Part shown: positions 30,957-40,702 of the stretch, piece by piece | Layout: every line of letters starts with the position of its first letter | How positions within the stretch are numbered: position 1 is the stretch's first letter | Assembly: GCA_000431015.1 (NCBI GenBank) | Contig: HF986083.1 | Location: 25,356-89,355 of the forward strand | Direction: 5' to 3' | DNA length: 64,000 bases | DNA from: Alistipes sp. CAG:514 | GTDB taxonomy: Bacteria > Bacteroidota > Bacteroidia > Bacteroidales > UBA932 | Notes under the pieces: generated by a model | The model's database searches: none | Seen by the model: the letters and a program-made list of their open reading frames with translations, nothing else | What the model was told of the DNA's origin: nothing | Position numbers and translations under genes: made by a program

Positions 30957-32363
30957 CTATCGTAACCTCAGTGCGCAGACGTTCTCGACATGCTGAGTGT
31001 GAGGGAACATGTCAACCGGCTGGACGGCGGTGATTTCGTACTTGTCGGCGAAAAGGGCCAGGTCACGGGCCTGGGAGGCCGGGTTGCAGCTTACATAGAC
31101 CATGCGGGCAGGGGAGGCCTCAAGGATGACCTTGGCGACATCCGGGTGGATGCCGGCGCGAGGAGGATCCAGAATGATTACATCCGGCTGACCGTGCTCA
31201 TCGATGAAGTCACGGCTCAGGACATCCTTCATGTCACCGGCGAAGAACTCGCAATTCGTGATCCCGTTGCCGGCAGCGTTCACCTCGGCATCCTCAATCG
31301 CCTCGGGAACATATTCAATGCCAATCACTTTGGCGGCCTTGCCCGAGACGAACTGCGCGATCGTACCGGTCCCGGTGTAAAGGTCGTAGACAATCTCGCC
31401 GCCGGTCAGCTCCGCGAAATCCCTGGCAACGGAATACAACTTGTACGCCTGCCCGGAATTGGTCTGGTAGAACGACTTTGGCCCGATGCGGAACGTCAGC
31501 TTCTCCATTGTCTCACGGATTGTCGGCTCACCCTTGTACAAAATGCACTCCTGATCACCGATCGAATCATTCAACTTATTGTTGATGATGTAGTAGAGAG
31601 AGGTTATCTGAGGGAACGCATTAGCGATCGCATCCAGCATTTTCTCCCTGTCCTCACGATTCTCGTAGAAGAAGCACATGATGACCATCAGATCGCCTGT
31701 GTCCGTGGTCCGGACAAACATATTCCTGACATAGCCGACATTCTGACGTATGTCAAAGAAATCCAGACCGTTATCGACAGCATATTTCTTGACAAAGAGC
31801 CTGATGTCGTTGGACGGATCCTTCTGGAGGTAGCAATGCCTGATGTCCAGCACCTTGTCGAAAAACTTGCCCACGTGGAAGCCAAGCCCCATACGGTCAT
31901 TCTCCGGCACGCTGTCAAGATCCTCGCCCTTAAGCAGCCAACGCTTCGACGAGAACGTGAACTCCAGCTTGTTACGATAGTACTGGGTCTTGTCCGAAGG
32001 AATGGTCGGGCGGATTTCCGGCACATCCAGATGACCAATACGAACCAATTGATCATAAACCTGCTGCCGCTTGGCCTCAAGCTGCATAGGATAGGGGAGA
32101 GGCTGCCATTTACAGCCGCCGCACACCCCGAAATGCCGGCAGAAAGGCTCCAGACGATCCTTGGACGGAGTCACGATCCTTTCCACGAACCCCTCGTAAT
32201 AATTCTTGCTCTTTTTGGTCACACGGATGTCAACCACATCGCCGGGAACGGCGAAAGGGACAAAGACAACGACTCCGTTCCAATGGGTGAGCGCCTTGCC
32301 CTCGGCGGCGCAAGCCTCGATAGTTATGTTCTCTAAAAGCAGATCTACTCTTTTACGGGACAT
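30957..32363 (-). CDS. rlmD: 23S rRNA (uracil-C5)-methyltransferase RlmD/RumA
   Basis: TRAM domain, Fe-S cysteines CRHFGVCGGCKWQ, SAM motif DLYTGTGTIA, PPRAGIHPDV. Confidence 0.9.
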   Translation of the reverse strand: MSRKRVDLLLENITIEACAAEGKALTHWNGVVVFVPFAVPGDVVDIRVTKKSKNYYEGFVERIVTPSKDRLEPFCRHFGVCGGCKWQPLPYPMQLEAKRQQVYDQLVRIGHLDVPEIRPTIPSDKTQYYRNKLEFTFSSKRWLLKGEDLDSVPENDRMGLGFHVGKFFDKVLDIRHCYLQKDPSNDIRLFVKKYAVDNGLDFFDIRQNVGYVRNMFVRTTDTGDLMVIMCFFYENREDREKMLDAIANAFPQITSLYYIINNKLNDSIGDQECILYKGEPTIRETMEKLTFRIGPKSFYQTNSGQAYKLYSVARDFAELTGGEIVYDLYTGTGTIAQFVSGKAAKVIGIEYVPEAIEDAEVNAAGNGITNCEFFAGDMKDVLSRDFIDEHGQPDVIILDPPRAGIHPDVAKVILEASPARMVYVSCNPASQARDLALFADKYEITAVQPVDMFPHTQHVENVCALRLR

Positions 32364-32374
32364 ATATTCATTAC

Positions 32375-34060
32375 TTAATTGTCAAATTCATGGAAAAGCG
32401 ACTGGGAGATGTTGATCATGAAGTCTCCCATGGCCTCAAGCTCCGCCAACATGTCAAGGTAGTAGTTGATTGCCAGGAACTTGTCCGCACCTTTCTCGAT
32501 CTGGAGGATGCCTTCATCCCGAAGGGCGTCACGGGTCACATTGATGATGTCCTCGGCGTTGTAGGCATTGCTGATGTCCTTGAGTTCTCCCTCCACGGCC
32601 AATTTCATGTTGGAGACCATCACAGCGAAGGCATGGTTGACCTTGCCGAGCAGAAGGTTCAGCTTGCTGATCGTTTCCTCGTCAAACTCCAGTTTATGGA
32701 CCCGCAGACGGGTAAGCAGGCGGCTGATGTTCTCACAACTGTCGCCAAGGCTCTCCAGCTCGCTGATCACCCTGTAGATGACCTTGACTTCACGGGCCTC
32801 CTGGTCGTTCATTGACTCAGTTGGGATCCCATTGAGGAACGCAGCTATCTCATATTCAAACCGGTCGGTCACCTCCTCGCACTTGACAAGGCGCTGGCGG
32901 TACTCCTCAAACCTGTCAGGATCCGCCTCATTCAGAGCCAGTTTGACGTATTGAAAACCCTCCTGTGCGTTCACGGCGAAATTGACAGTCTCCTTGAACG
33001 CCTGCTCGATCGAGATGGACGGCGTGCCGATGATCCTTCCGCTGCCGATGAACCTCAGACGGAAATCGCCTTTCTTCGGAGCCGGCTCCTTGATGCATCT
33101 GGCAAGAAAACCAGCGAAAGGCTTTCTGAACCAAACAAGAACAACGGTGGCCGTCACGTTGAAGAGGGTGTGGACGCAAGCGACACCGAACACTGAAGTC
33201 ATCTGAGCGTCCAGACCGAAAAGCGACACAAGCCAAAGATTGATCTTAATGAACATGTTGAAGAAAATCAACACGAAAGCGGCTCCAAGCACATTGAATA
33301 TGAAGTGGGCGAGCGCGGCCCTGCTGGCCTGGACACCTGCCCTGCTGGCGACCAGATTGGCGCCGATCGTGGTTCCGATGTTCTCGCCAAGCACCATCGC
33401 CGCGGCCATAGGGAAGGAGATCCAGCCGAAATAGACGAGTACCATAGTGAGCACGACGGTGACGCTTGAGGACTGGAGGACGAAGGTTATCACAACACCT
33501 ATCAGCATGAAAATCAGCGCGGAAGCGATTCCGTGAGAAGAAATTCCCGCAATGGAGGCGGCCATCTGCGGAACAGTGTCAATCTCTGGTACTGAGGACT
33601 TTATGTAGATCAGTCCGACAAAAACAAGCGCAAGTCCTAGGATGGCCTGGCCGATGTTCTTGACAATCGGCCTCTTTGTCAACGACATGACAAAACCGGC
33701 TCCCAGAAGCACGAAAGCAAGGACAACGGTGTTGATCCAGAAGCCCGTAGCCGCTATGATCCAAGCGATTACGGTCGTACCGATGTTCGCTCCCATAATC
33801 ACGCTGATACCTTGCTGCAGCGATAGGGTAGCGACACCCACGAGGCTGGCCACCATGATAGTCGTAGCGCTGGAAGACTGGACGACAGCGGTGATGCCGA
33901 CACCGGATAAAATCTGTTTCAGAGGCGACCTGGAGGTCATCCATTTCTCAAATCTCCTCAGCCGGTCGCCGCAGGATTTCTGAATACCGGAGCTAAGCAT
34001 CTCAAGTCCAAAGACAAAGAGCGCCAGAGCACCAAATAAAGTCAGCAGTTGAAGAATCAT
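32375..34060 (-). CDS. Na/Pi-cotransporter family protein with C-terminal PhoU-like domains
   Basis: N-terminal duplicated Na_Pi_cotrans membrane domains followed by a soluble PhoU-like helical region; 561 aa. Confidence 0.8.
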   Translation of the reverse strand: MILQLLTLFGALALFVFGLEMLSSGIQKSCGDRLRRFEKWMTSRSPLKQILSGVGITAVVQSSSATTIMVASLVGVATLSLQQGISVIMGANIGTTVIAWIIAATGFWINTVVLAFVLLGAGFVMSLTKRPIVKNIGQAILGLALVFVGLIYIKSSVPEIDTVPQMAASIAGISSHGIASALIFMLIGVVITFVLQSSSVTVVLTMVLVYFGWISFPMAAAMVLGENIGTTIGANLVASRAGVQASRAALAHFIFNVLGAAFVLIFFNMFIKINLWLVSLFGLDAQMTSVFGVACVHTLFNVTATVVLVWFRKPFAGFLARCIKEPAPKKGDFRLRFIGSGRIIGTPSISIEQAFKETVNFAVNAQEGFQYVKLALNEADPDRFEEYRQRLVKCEEVTDRFEYEIAAFLNGIPTESMNDQEAREVKVIYRVISELESLGDSCENISRLLTRLRVHKLEFDEETISKLNLLLGKVNHAFAVMVSNMKLAVEGELKDISNAYNAEDIINVTRDALRDEGILQIEKGADKFLAINYYLDMLAELEAMGDFMINISQSLFHEFDN

Positions 34061-34131
34061 ATCACAGGGAAGTGTTTAGCACACATGTAAGTTAACATAA
34101 TCCAAATTGTATAACAAATAGGCGAGTGCCG

Positions 34132-35292
34132 CTACACAAGGGAAACTATTGATTCAGAATCGAATTTGGCTGGTGAGAATCCTTGTTTGAATGTAATTCC
34201 ATCACCGAGAATCTTAATTCCGGCCGCGGTCGCCATCTCGTTCAGCAATCGAACACTGGCGGCTGCCCAAGTGAACGATCCGAAGGCAAAGAAACGTCTG
34301 TTCTTGACCAATCTGTCACAGATTGCCTCCATCAACTGACGGACAGGCGGCAATATTCCATTATTATATGTCGGCGAGCCGAGAATTACCGTGTCGTACC
34401 TGAACACGTCGCGCAAAGCGAACGAATAACTCTCCTCATTCAGATTATGGAGCGAGAATGGAATGTTATGTTCTTTCAAGGACTCAGCCAACGCCAAAGC
34501 GGCCTTTTCCGTGTTGCCGTACATCGACCCGTAAGCCAGACAGACACCGTGCTCAAGCGGCTCATAACGACTGAACTTGTCATACAATGAGACAACCTCA
34601 GGAATATGATTCTCCCATACAGGGCCGTGGGTGCTGCAAATCCGGCATATTTCCAAACCGGAAAGCTTCTTCAGCGCAGCCTGAACCGGAGCGGCATATT
34701 TCCCGACAATGTTCGAGTAATACCTCGTCATCTCGTCTTTATATTCATTGAATATGTCTGATTGCGAGTCTACTACGCTTTCCGGGAAGGTTCTGAAGGA
34801 GCCGAAGGCGTCACCGGAGAACAAAGTGCGCTCCTGCGGACACCATGTGACCATAGTCTCCGGCCAATGTACCATTGGAACCATAAAGAATTGAAGATCA
34901 ACGCTTCCCAAGGAGAGACACTCGCCTTCCCTGATAACCTTGATGTTGTCCGTTATGCCTTGGTAGCCCTCGATCATCGGTACAGCCTTGGCGTTGGTGA
35001 CAATCACGCATTCGGGATATTCCTGTCTGACAACCGCCTGAAGCGCACTATGATCTGGCTCCATGTGGTTGACAATCAGGTAGTCAACCTTCCTGTCCCC
35101 TATCTCGCTCTTGATGTTGGCCAGTAATTCGTCCTTGAACGCCACCGCTGCCGTGTCAATCAGCGCGACCTTTTCGTCCACAACAAGATAGGAATTGTAG
35201 CTGACTCCATAAGGAAGCGGCCACTGCCGCTCGAAGAGTTTTGTCTGCAGGTCATTGACTCCCACAAAACGGATTCTTTCAGATAGTCTCAT
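34132..35292 (-). CDS. FprA-family flavodiiron protein (metallo-beta-lactamase fold plus flavodoxin domain)
   Basis: Di-iron site YLIVNHMEPDHS in the beta-lactamase-like domain and a C-terminal flavodoxin-like domain (ILGSPTYNNGILP). Confidence 0.85.
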   Translation of the reverse strand: MRLSERIRFVGVNDLQTKLFERQWPLPYGVSYNSYLVVDEKVALIDTAAVAFKDELLANIKSEIGDRKVDYLIVNHMEPDHSALQAVVRQEYPECVIVTNAKAVPMIEGYQGITDNIKVIREGECLSLGSVDLQFFMVPMVHWPETMVTWCPQERTLFSGDAFGSFRTFPESVVDSQSDIFNEYKDEMTRYYSNIVGKYAAPVQAALKKLSGLEICRICSTHGPVWENHIPEVVSLYDKFSRYEPLEHGVCLAYGSMYGNTEKAALALAESLKEHNIPFSLHNLNEESYSFALRDVFRYDTVILGSPTYNNGILPPVRQLMEAICDRLVKNRRFFAFGSFTWAAASVRLLNEMATAAGIKILGDGITFKQGFSPAKFDSESIVSLV

Positions 35293-35389
35293 CGTTTATA
35301 AAACCTTCTGTCCGAATGCGGCCCGGTTCTTCGCTGGCCGCACCTCGACAAGTAATAGACAAATTTACGAAACTTATTCCGCTTTTTCT

Positions 35390-35397
35390 TAAATTTG
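35390..35397 (+). promoter_or_regulatory. -7 box TAAATTTG upstream of rarA (the divergent box for the flavodiiron gene is on the minus strand at 35360..35367)
   Basis: Exact TAnnTTTG matches on both strands of the divergent region. Confidence 0.35.
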
Positions 35398-35500
35398 CGT
35401 TATGATAAGCCAAAAATAAACGCCAAAGTACTACTAACAAAAATGTTCCGATAGTAAACATTTTTGTTTTACATATTATTAGACAATATATTTATAGAAT

Positions 35501-36823
35501 ATGCTAGACATGCACCAAGATTCGGGCAAAAGCATGATGCTCCCCCCTCTTCCTGAAAGGATGAGGCCTAAAAGCCTGTCGGAATATGTCGGGCAGAGGC
35601 ACCTTGTAGGGGAAGGATGCATCCTGAGGAAGATGATCGAGAACGGGAATCTCTCGTCGTTCATCCTTTGGGGGCCGCCGGGAGTCGGCAAGACTACTCT
35701 TGCCGGAATCATCGCCCAGACTTTGTCCAGGGACTTCTACACCCTGTCGGCGGTCAGCGCCGGCGTGAAGGACGTGCGGGATGTCATCGACAAGGCCAGA
35801 AGCGCTTCCGTGTTCTCCAACGGGGCGGCTCCGATTCTGTTCATAGATGAGATCCACCGGTTCAACAAGGCCCAGCAGGACGCTCTGCTCGGCGCTGTGG
35901 AGAACGGTACCATCATACTCATAGGTGCGACGACCGAGAACCCGTCGTTCGAGGTGATAACACCGCTACTCTCCCGCTGCCAGGTCTTCGTGCTGAAACC
36001 ATTGGAAATCAAAGATCTGCAAACTCTGCTGGATCATGCACTGAAAAACGATGTGCTTCTGAGGGACAAGGACATAGAGATAAGGGAGACCGAGGCAATG
36101 TTCCGCTACAGCGGAGGCGACGGAAGGAAACTGCTCAACGTCCTTGAGATTGTGGTCGATTCATCCGCCGGCGACGGGTCGCGCATCGTCATTGACAATG
36201 AGACGGTTACAAACTGCCTTCAAGAGAACATGGCGATCTACGACAAGGACGGCGAGATGCACTACGACATCATCTCGGCATTCATCAAGTCAATCCGTGG
36301 CTCCGATCCGAACGCCGCGGTCTACTATCTCGCCAGGATGCTGGACGGCGGCGAGGATCCCCTTTTCATAGCGAGAAGGCTCTGCATATCGGCATCCGAG
36401 GATGTCGGCCTTGCCAACCCGAACGCGTTGCTGCTTGCGAACTCCTGCTACCAGATCGTCCATCAGATCGGCATGCCGGAAGCCCGCATCCCTCTCTCGG
36501 AAACCACAATTTACCTTGCAAGCTCTCCTAAAAGTAATGCCACTTATCTTGCTATCAATAAAGCCATTGAATTTTCCTCCCAGAACAAGCAGGCGGCAGT
36601 GCCTCTTTATTTGAGGAACGCCCCCACGAAGCTGATGGAGGAACTTGGCTACGCCGACGGCTACAAGTACGCCCACGACTTCCCGGGACATTTCGCTGAT
36701 CTGGAGTTCATGCCGGAGGGACTTGAGGGAACCGTGTTCTACGAACCTGCATCTAACCCTCAGGAAGACAGGCTGAAAGCCTATCTGCAAGCATGCTGGC
36801 CAAAGTACTACTCCAAAAAGTAA
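35501..36823 (+). CDS. rarA: Replication-associated recombination protein A (AAA ATPase RarA/MgsA)
   Basis: Walker A GPPGVGKTTLAGIIA, Walker B LFIDEIHRFNK, MgsA C-terminal domains. Confidence 0.93.
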   Translation: MLDMHQDSGKSMMLPPLPERMRPKSLSEYVGQRHLVGEGCILRKMIENGNLSSFILWGPPGVGKTTLAGIIAQTLSRDFYTLSAVSAGVKDVRDVIDKARSASVFSNGAAPILFIDEIHRFNKAQQDALLGAVENGTIILIGATTENPSFEVITPLLSRCQVFVLKPLEIKDLQTLLDHALKNDVLLRDKDIEIRETEAMFRYSGGDGRKLLNVLEIVVDSSAGDGSRIVIDNETVTNCLQENMAIYDKDGEMHYDIISAFIKSIRGSDPNAAVYYLARMLDGGEDPLFIARRLCISASEDVGLANPNALLLANSCYQIVHQIGMPEARIPLSETTIYLASSPKSNATYLAINKAIEFSSQNKQAAVPLYLRNAPTKLMEELGYADGYKYAHDFPGHFADLEFMPEGLEGTVFYEPASNPQEDRLKAYLQACWPKYYSKK

Positions 36824-36846
36824 CACATTTTACTATTTTTTTTTTG

Positions 36847-36854
36847 TAAGTTTG
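36847..36854 (+). promoter_or_regulatory. -7 box TAAGTTTG preceded by an 11-T run, upstream of the Ca/Na antiporter gene
   Basis: Exact TAnnTTTG match 23 nt upstream of the ATG. Confidence 0.35.
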
Positions 36855-36876
36855 TAGCTTAATATATCCAAAGAAG

Positions 36877-37857
36877 ATGATTACTCAGATTCTCATCCTG
36901 CTCGCCGGCCTTGCGCTGGTTGTTCTCGGAGCCGACTGGCTTGTCGAGGGTTCCTCCACAATAGCCAGAAAAGCCGGCCTGAGCGAGTTCGTTATCGGCC
37001 TCACGATCGTCGGCATCGGAACATCCTTGCCGGAATTCGTGGTGAGTATGACCGGCGCACTTAAAGGAAGCGCGGACATCGCCATAGGCAATGTTGTAGG
37101 CTCAAACATATTCAACGTTCTTCTAATACTTGGTATAACCGCGCTGCTCAGGCCTATAGAGATGACGAAGGACAATGTCCGCGTCGACATACCGCTGAAC
37201 ATCGGTGTCACCGCGCTGCTGATAGTGTTCGGAATGCATCTTACATTGTTCGGCATCGGACGCGAGGACACCCTTACCAGAATGGACGGCATTATATTCC
37301 TTATACTTTTCGCCGCTTACATGTACTGGTCCTTCAAGTCAGGCAAGTCCGACGAGGAAGTGCCGGAAGAGTCAAACAGGAAAACCGGAGTGGCCGCATT
37401 GATGATTGTCGGCGGCCTTGCGGCATTGATCTTCGGCGGCGACAAATTCGTGGACAGCGCGACCAGCATAGCCCGTATGCTGAACATCAGCGACAAATTC
37501 ATAGCCGTGACGATCCTCGCGGGAGGAACCTCCATGCCGGAGCTTGTAACCTGCGTGGTCGCCGCCGCCAAGAAGAAAGGCCAGCTGGCACTCGGCAACA
37601 TCATAGGATCCAACATCTGCAACATCCTTCTGATACTCGGCGCCTCGTCCGTAGCGTTCAGACCTCATGCCGGCTCTCCTTCCGGCCTGTCCTTCGGCGG
37701 TATGACATTCGCAGATCTCGGCATCCTGCTGCTGAGCGCCATCCTCCTCTCTGTCATCGCCTTCACGGGAAAGGGACGGAAACTGGACAGAGCGGAAGGC
37801 CTGGTCTTCCTCGCATGCTACGCCGCCTACATGGCCTGGCTGATCATCAATCTGTAA
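36877..37857 (+). CDS. Ca2+/Na+ antiporter (CaCA family, YrbG-like)
   Basis: Two alpha-repeat regions (GTSLPEF / GTSMPEL) typical of sodium:calcium exchangers; 10 TM. Confidence 0.85.
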   Translation: MITQILILLAGLALVVLGADWLVEGSSTIARKAGLSEFVIGLTIVGIGTSLPEFVVSMTGALKGSADIAIGNVVGSNIFNVLLILGITALLRPIEMTKDNVRVDIPLNIGVTALLIVFGMHLTLFGIGREDTLTRMDGIIFLILFAAYMYWSFKSGKSDEEVPEESNRKTGVAALMIVGGLAALIFGGDKFVDSATSIARMLNISDKFIAVTILAGGTSMPELVTCVVAAAKKKGQLALGNIIGSNICNILLILGASSVAFRPHAGSPSGLSFGGMTFADLGILLLSAILLSVIAFTGKGRKLDRAEGLVFLACYAAYMAWLIINL

Positions 37858-37882
37858 ATGAATATATTAACTTACATAAATA

Positions 37883-39166
37883 ATGAAATTCAAACCCACT
37901 GATTACCGGCTTGTGAATGTCGGCACCGGAAAAGAGTTCGAGGATGCCGGTTGGTCGCTTGCAGACCCGCAGGCTCCCTCACCTTCCTTGGTCAGAGCTG
38001 TCTACGAAAACGAGAAATTCACGCCCAGAGACGACCTGAAGGGGCTTTACAGGTACGCCGAATGGCTTCCGGTCAGACGTACACTCAGAAACTCCCACGC
38101 CCCTGTGACCTACAAGAGCAAGGGGCTGGCGGATCTGCTCGGCATGGAGAACCTCTACATCACCTTGTCCGGCTATGTTCCCAAGCGCGGGGCAAGGATG
38201 GAAACCTGCTCGTTCAAGGAAACAGAGGCTTTCTCCGTCTGCGCGAGGCTCCCGAAGAACGACAAGCGTGTACTTGTCGTCCAGTCAGCCGGCAACACGG
38301 CAAGGGCATTCGCCCGCGTATGCTCGGACAATGACATTCCTGTCGTCATCTGCATCCCGAACGACAACATCAGCGACCTTTGGTTCCTTAAGAAGCTGAA
38401 GTCCTGCGTAAAGGTCATCGCGACACCGAACGGCACGGACTACTACGACGCTATCGCTCTCGGGGAGAAGCTTTGCAAGGACCCTCGCTATCTTGCGGAA
38501 GGAGGTGCGAAGAACGTCGCCCGCAGAGACGGCATGGGAACCACCATACTCAGCGCTGTCGAGGTGATCGGACGTATTCCTGACGCCTATTTCCAGGCGG
38601 TCGGCAGCGGAACAGGAGCCATCGCGGCCTGGGAGAACGCATGCAGACTGGCAAAGGACGGTAGGTTCGGCGAGAACAGGATGAGGGTCTACTGCGCGCA
38701 GAACTCTCCTTTCACCCTGATGTACGATTCATGGAAAGCCGGGTCAAGAGAGCTTGTACCAATCACTCCCGAGGAGTCAAGAGGAAAGGCCGAGGTGATT
38801 CTCGCCAAGGTTCTGTCCAACAGAAAACCGCCTTACAGCCTTGCCGGCGGCCTGTTCGATGTCCTCAAGGAGACGAACGGAGATTTCTACAAGGTGTCCA
38901 ACGACCAGATCGTCTACTGGATGCTCCAGTTCTTCAACAAGGAGGGATACGACATCTTGCCGGCGGCGGCCTGCGCTGTCGCGGCGTTGAAGAATGCACT
39001 GGAGGACGGTGTGGTGAAGAGAGACGAGACCGTGATGCTGAACATCACAGGCGCGGGTATGCTGAACGCCACCAGCAAAGGCTTCGAGATGAAGAAGCCA
39101 GATCTGATTCTCAGCACGGATCTTTCCGCCGAAGAGGTGATCGCCAGTGTCGACCGACTGTTTTAA
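37883..39166 (+). CDS. Threonine-synthase-family PLP-dependent enzyme (atypical; candidate cysteate synthase)
   Basis: ThrC-like N-terminus (LYRYAEWLPV), PLP lysine in SFKETEAF (canonical SFKDRG), QSAGNTARAFA, fold-type II C-terminal half. Confidence 0.55.
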   Translation: MKFKPTDYRLVNVGTGKEFEDAGWSLADPQAPSPSLVRAVYENEKFTPRDDLKGLYRYAEWLPVRRTLRNSHAPVTYKSKGLADLLGMENLYITLSGYVPKRGARMETCSFKETEAFSVCARLPKNDKRVLVVQSAGNTARAFARVCSDNDIPVVICIPNDNISDLWFLKKLKSCVKVIATPNGTDYYDAIALGEKLCKDPRYLAEGGAKNVARRDGMGTTILSAVEVIGRIPDAYFQAVGSGTGAIAAWENACRLAKDGRFGENRMRVYCAQNSPFTLMYDSWKAGSRELVPITPEESRGKAEVILAKVLSNRKPPYSLAGGLFDVLKETNGDFYKVSNDQIVYWMLQFFNKEGYDILPAAACAVAALKNALEDGVVKRDETVMLNITGAGMLNATSKGFEMKKPDLILSTDLSAEEVIASVDRLF

Positions 39167-39201
39167 ATCGTGATATATCGCCAGGTTCGGGCAGCAAAAA
39201 G

Positions 39202-39243
39202 CTGAATTCCAAATTTTGCACGTTACCAAAATTTGAAATTCAG
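39202..39243. repeat. REP-like palindromic element, copy 2 (same loop GCACGTTACC; stem with one mismatch, extendable to ~39197..39248)
   Basis: cTGAATTCCAAATTTT-GCACGTTACC-AAAATTTGAAATTCAg; followed by a T-run. Confidence 0.7.
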
Positions 39244-39369
39244 TTTTTCTGCTGCTTGAAAGTGTTATAGAAAAAAAATATTTATATAGATAACTAATCT
39301 GTTTCAATACTTATAAGACAGCAAAATATACTCCATACCAAATTATTGGGCAGAATATACACAGCGTTC

Positions 39370-39411
39370 AGAAAATAAAAATTCCAAAATTTTGATAACG
39401 TGCAAAATTTT
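39370..39411. repeat. REP-like palindromic element, copy 3, inverted orientation (loop GATAACGTGC = reverse complement of GCACGTTATC)
   Basis: AAAATTCCAAAATTTT-GATAACGTGC-AAAATTTTGGAATTTT; perfect 16-bp stem; 126 bp from copy 2. Confidence 0.7.
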
Positions 39412-39459
39412 GGAATTTTCTATTTTTGAACGCCCTTATCGTTTCGGAAAAAGCGTTAA

Positions 39460-40632
39460 TTATTCCTGACGAAGCGGCTCGCCGGAGACGAGACGCTCCT
39501 TGGACTCCACAGGGTTGGCGTAGATTCTTAGGAATATGTCGCGGAGGTCGGCGCGGTTCAGGCGGCGCTCCACCTTGTCAAGCTTATGCTCGGTGTAGTC
39601 GGTGAATTTCTCCACATCCTCCGGTGTGTATAGCTCGGCGTACTTGTAGCAACGGTTGACAAGGTCGTAGGCGATGTAGTTGGTCTTCCAAAGCTGGTAG
39701 CCGGCGATGATCCGCTTGTCCACGGCATGCCTGATGGCCTGATAGCGGTCGTTCTTGTCGCAATGCGAGGCAAGCTCGATCTCGTCCGGAGTGATGGGAA
39801 GGCCGAAGTTCAGATGAACGTCACCCTTCTGCTGCCTGATGCCCATAACAATGCTGTGCAGATCCTCCGTCTTGGTCTTCACATACTTCTGGGTTCTGGA
39901 GATCAGTATCTCACGAGCCTTGCGGATGTCGCACGGCTCATATTCATAGGAGATGCTCAGAGGGATGATGTTCAGCTCGGCGAAGTTCTCCGCGAAGGAT
40001 TTGGTACCGCTCATGTCCAGCATCTTGAGGAGTCCCTGCTCCGTCGTGTCGATGCCGTCCTTCGTGCGTCCTTGTCTCTGTGCCAACCAGATAGAAGATT
40101 TTCCTGAAGTGATTGTCTGACGGATGTACTTGGACAGCACCTGGGATGAAAGATAGAGTTCCCTTGCCGAGATGCCTCTGATCACGCGGATCATCCTATT
40201 GGAACGAAGGAGGTACTCTACAGTCTTGCTCTGCTTGATCAGGTTGTCGCCCACGCAGATCTCGGTCATCGGAATGTGGTTCCTGAACAAAACGACCTGG
40301 GTGATGGCGGGATCCAGGATGATGTCCCTGTGATTGGACATCGCCAGGAACTTACCCTTCATTTCCTTGATGTAGCTGATGCCGTCATAGGAGAAGTTGT
40401 GGATGGTGTGATCCATGCACCATGACACAGCCCTGTTCATCACAATCTCCTGAAACTCATCAATATTATGAACACTCTTCAAGGCATTCCGAAGGAATGT
40501 CATCGGCTCGTCAGGGAAAAGATATTCAGAAATAGCAAGTACCGCGGGATGATTCGCGACCTTGTTCAAGGCCTCGACCGCTTCGGCGTCATTATAAGGA
40601 CAGATGCTGTCAAATTCAGATGTATCAGCCAT
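39460..40632 (-). CDS. Glycerol-3-phosphate/lysophospholipid acyltransferase family protein
   Basis: Acyltransferase block-1-like MSNHRDIILDPA and downstream arginine-rich blocks; 390 aa; cytoplasmic. Confidence 0.55.
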   Translation of the reverse strand: MADTSEFDSICPYNDAEAVEALNKVANHPAVLAISEYLFPDEPMTFLRNALKSVHNIDEFQEIVMNRAVSWCMDHTIHNFSYDGISYIKEMKGKFLAMSNHRDIILDPAITQVVLFRNHIPMTEICVGDNLIKQSKTVEYLLRSNRMIRVIRGISARELYLSSQVLSKYIRQTITSGKSSIWLAQRQGRTKDGIDTTEQGLLKMLDMSGTKSFAENFAELNIIPLSISYEYEPCDIRKAREILISRTQKYVKTKTEDLHSIVMGIRQQKGDVHLNFGLPITPDEIELASHCDKNDRYQAIRHAVDKRIIAGYQLWKTNYIAYDLVNRCYKYAELYTPEDVEKFTDYTEHKLDKVERRLNRADLRDIFLRIYANPVESKERLVSGEPLRQE

Positions 40633-40655
40633 AATAAATCATCGTTTGTAAGGTG

Positions 40656-40663
40656 CAAATGTA
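40656..40663 (-). promoter_or_regulatory. -7 box TACATTTG upstream of the acyltransferase gene
   Basis: Exact TAnnTTTG match 24 nt upstream of the start. Confidence 0.35.
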
Positions 40664-40702
40664 ATCAAATTACTTAATATTACAAAGGCTGGACCGCGTC
40701 CA

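Noticed and set aside
30842-31033. Small ORFs 30842..31033 and the tail of 38731..39270 encoding the shared peptide ...FCTLPKF...
   Set aside because: The shared peptide is the translation of the conserved REP-like loop/stem (TTTTGCACGTTACCAAAATT). The ORFs are intergenic or antisense, with no coding-like composition.
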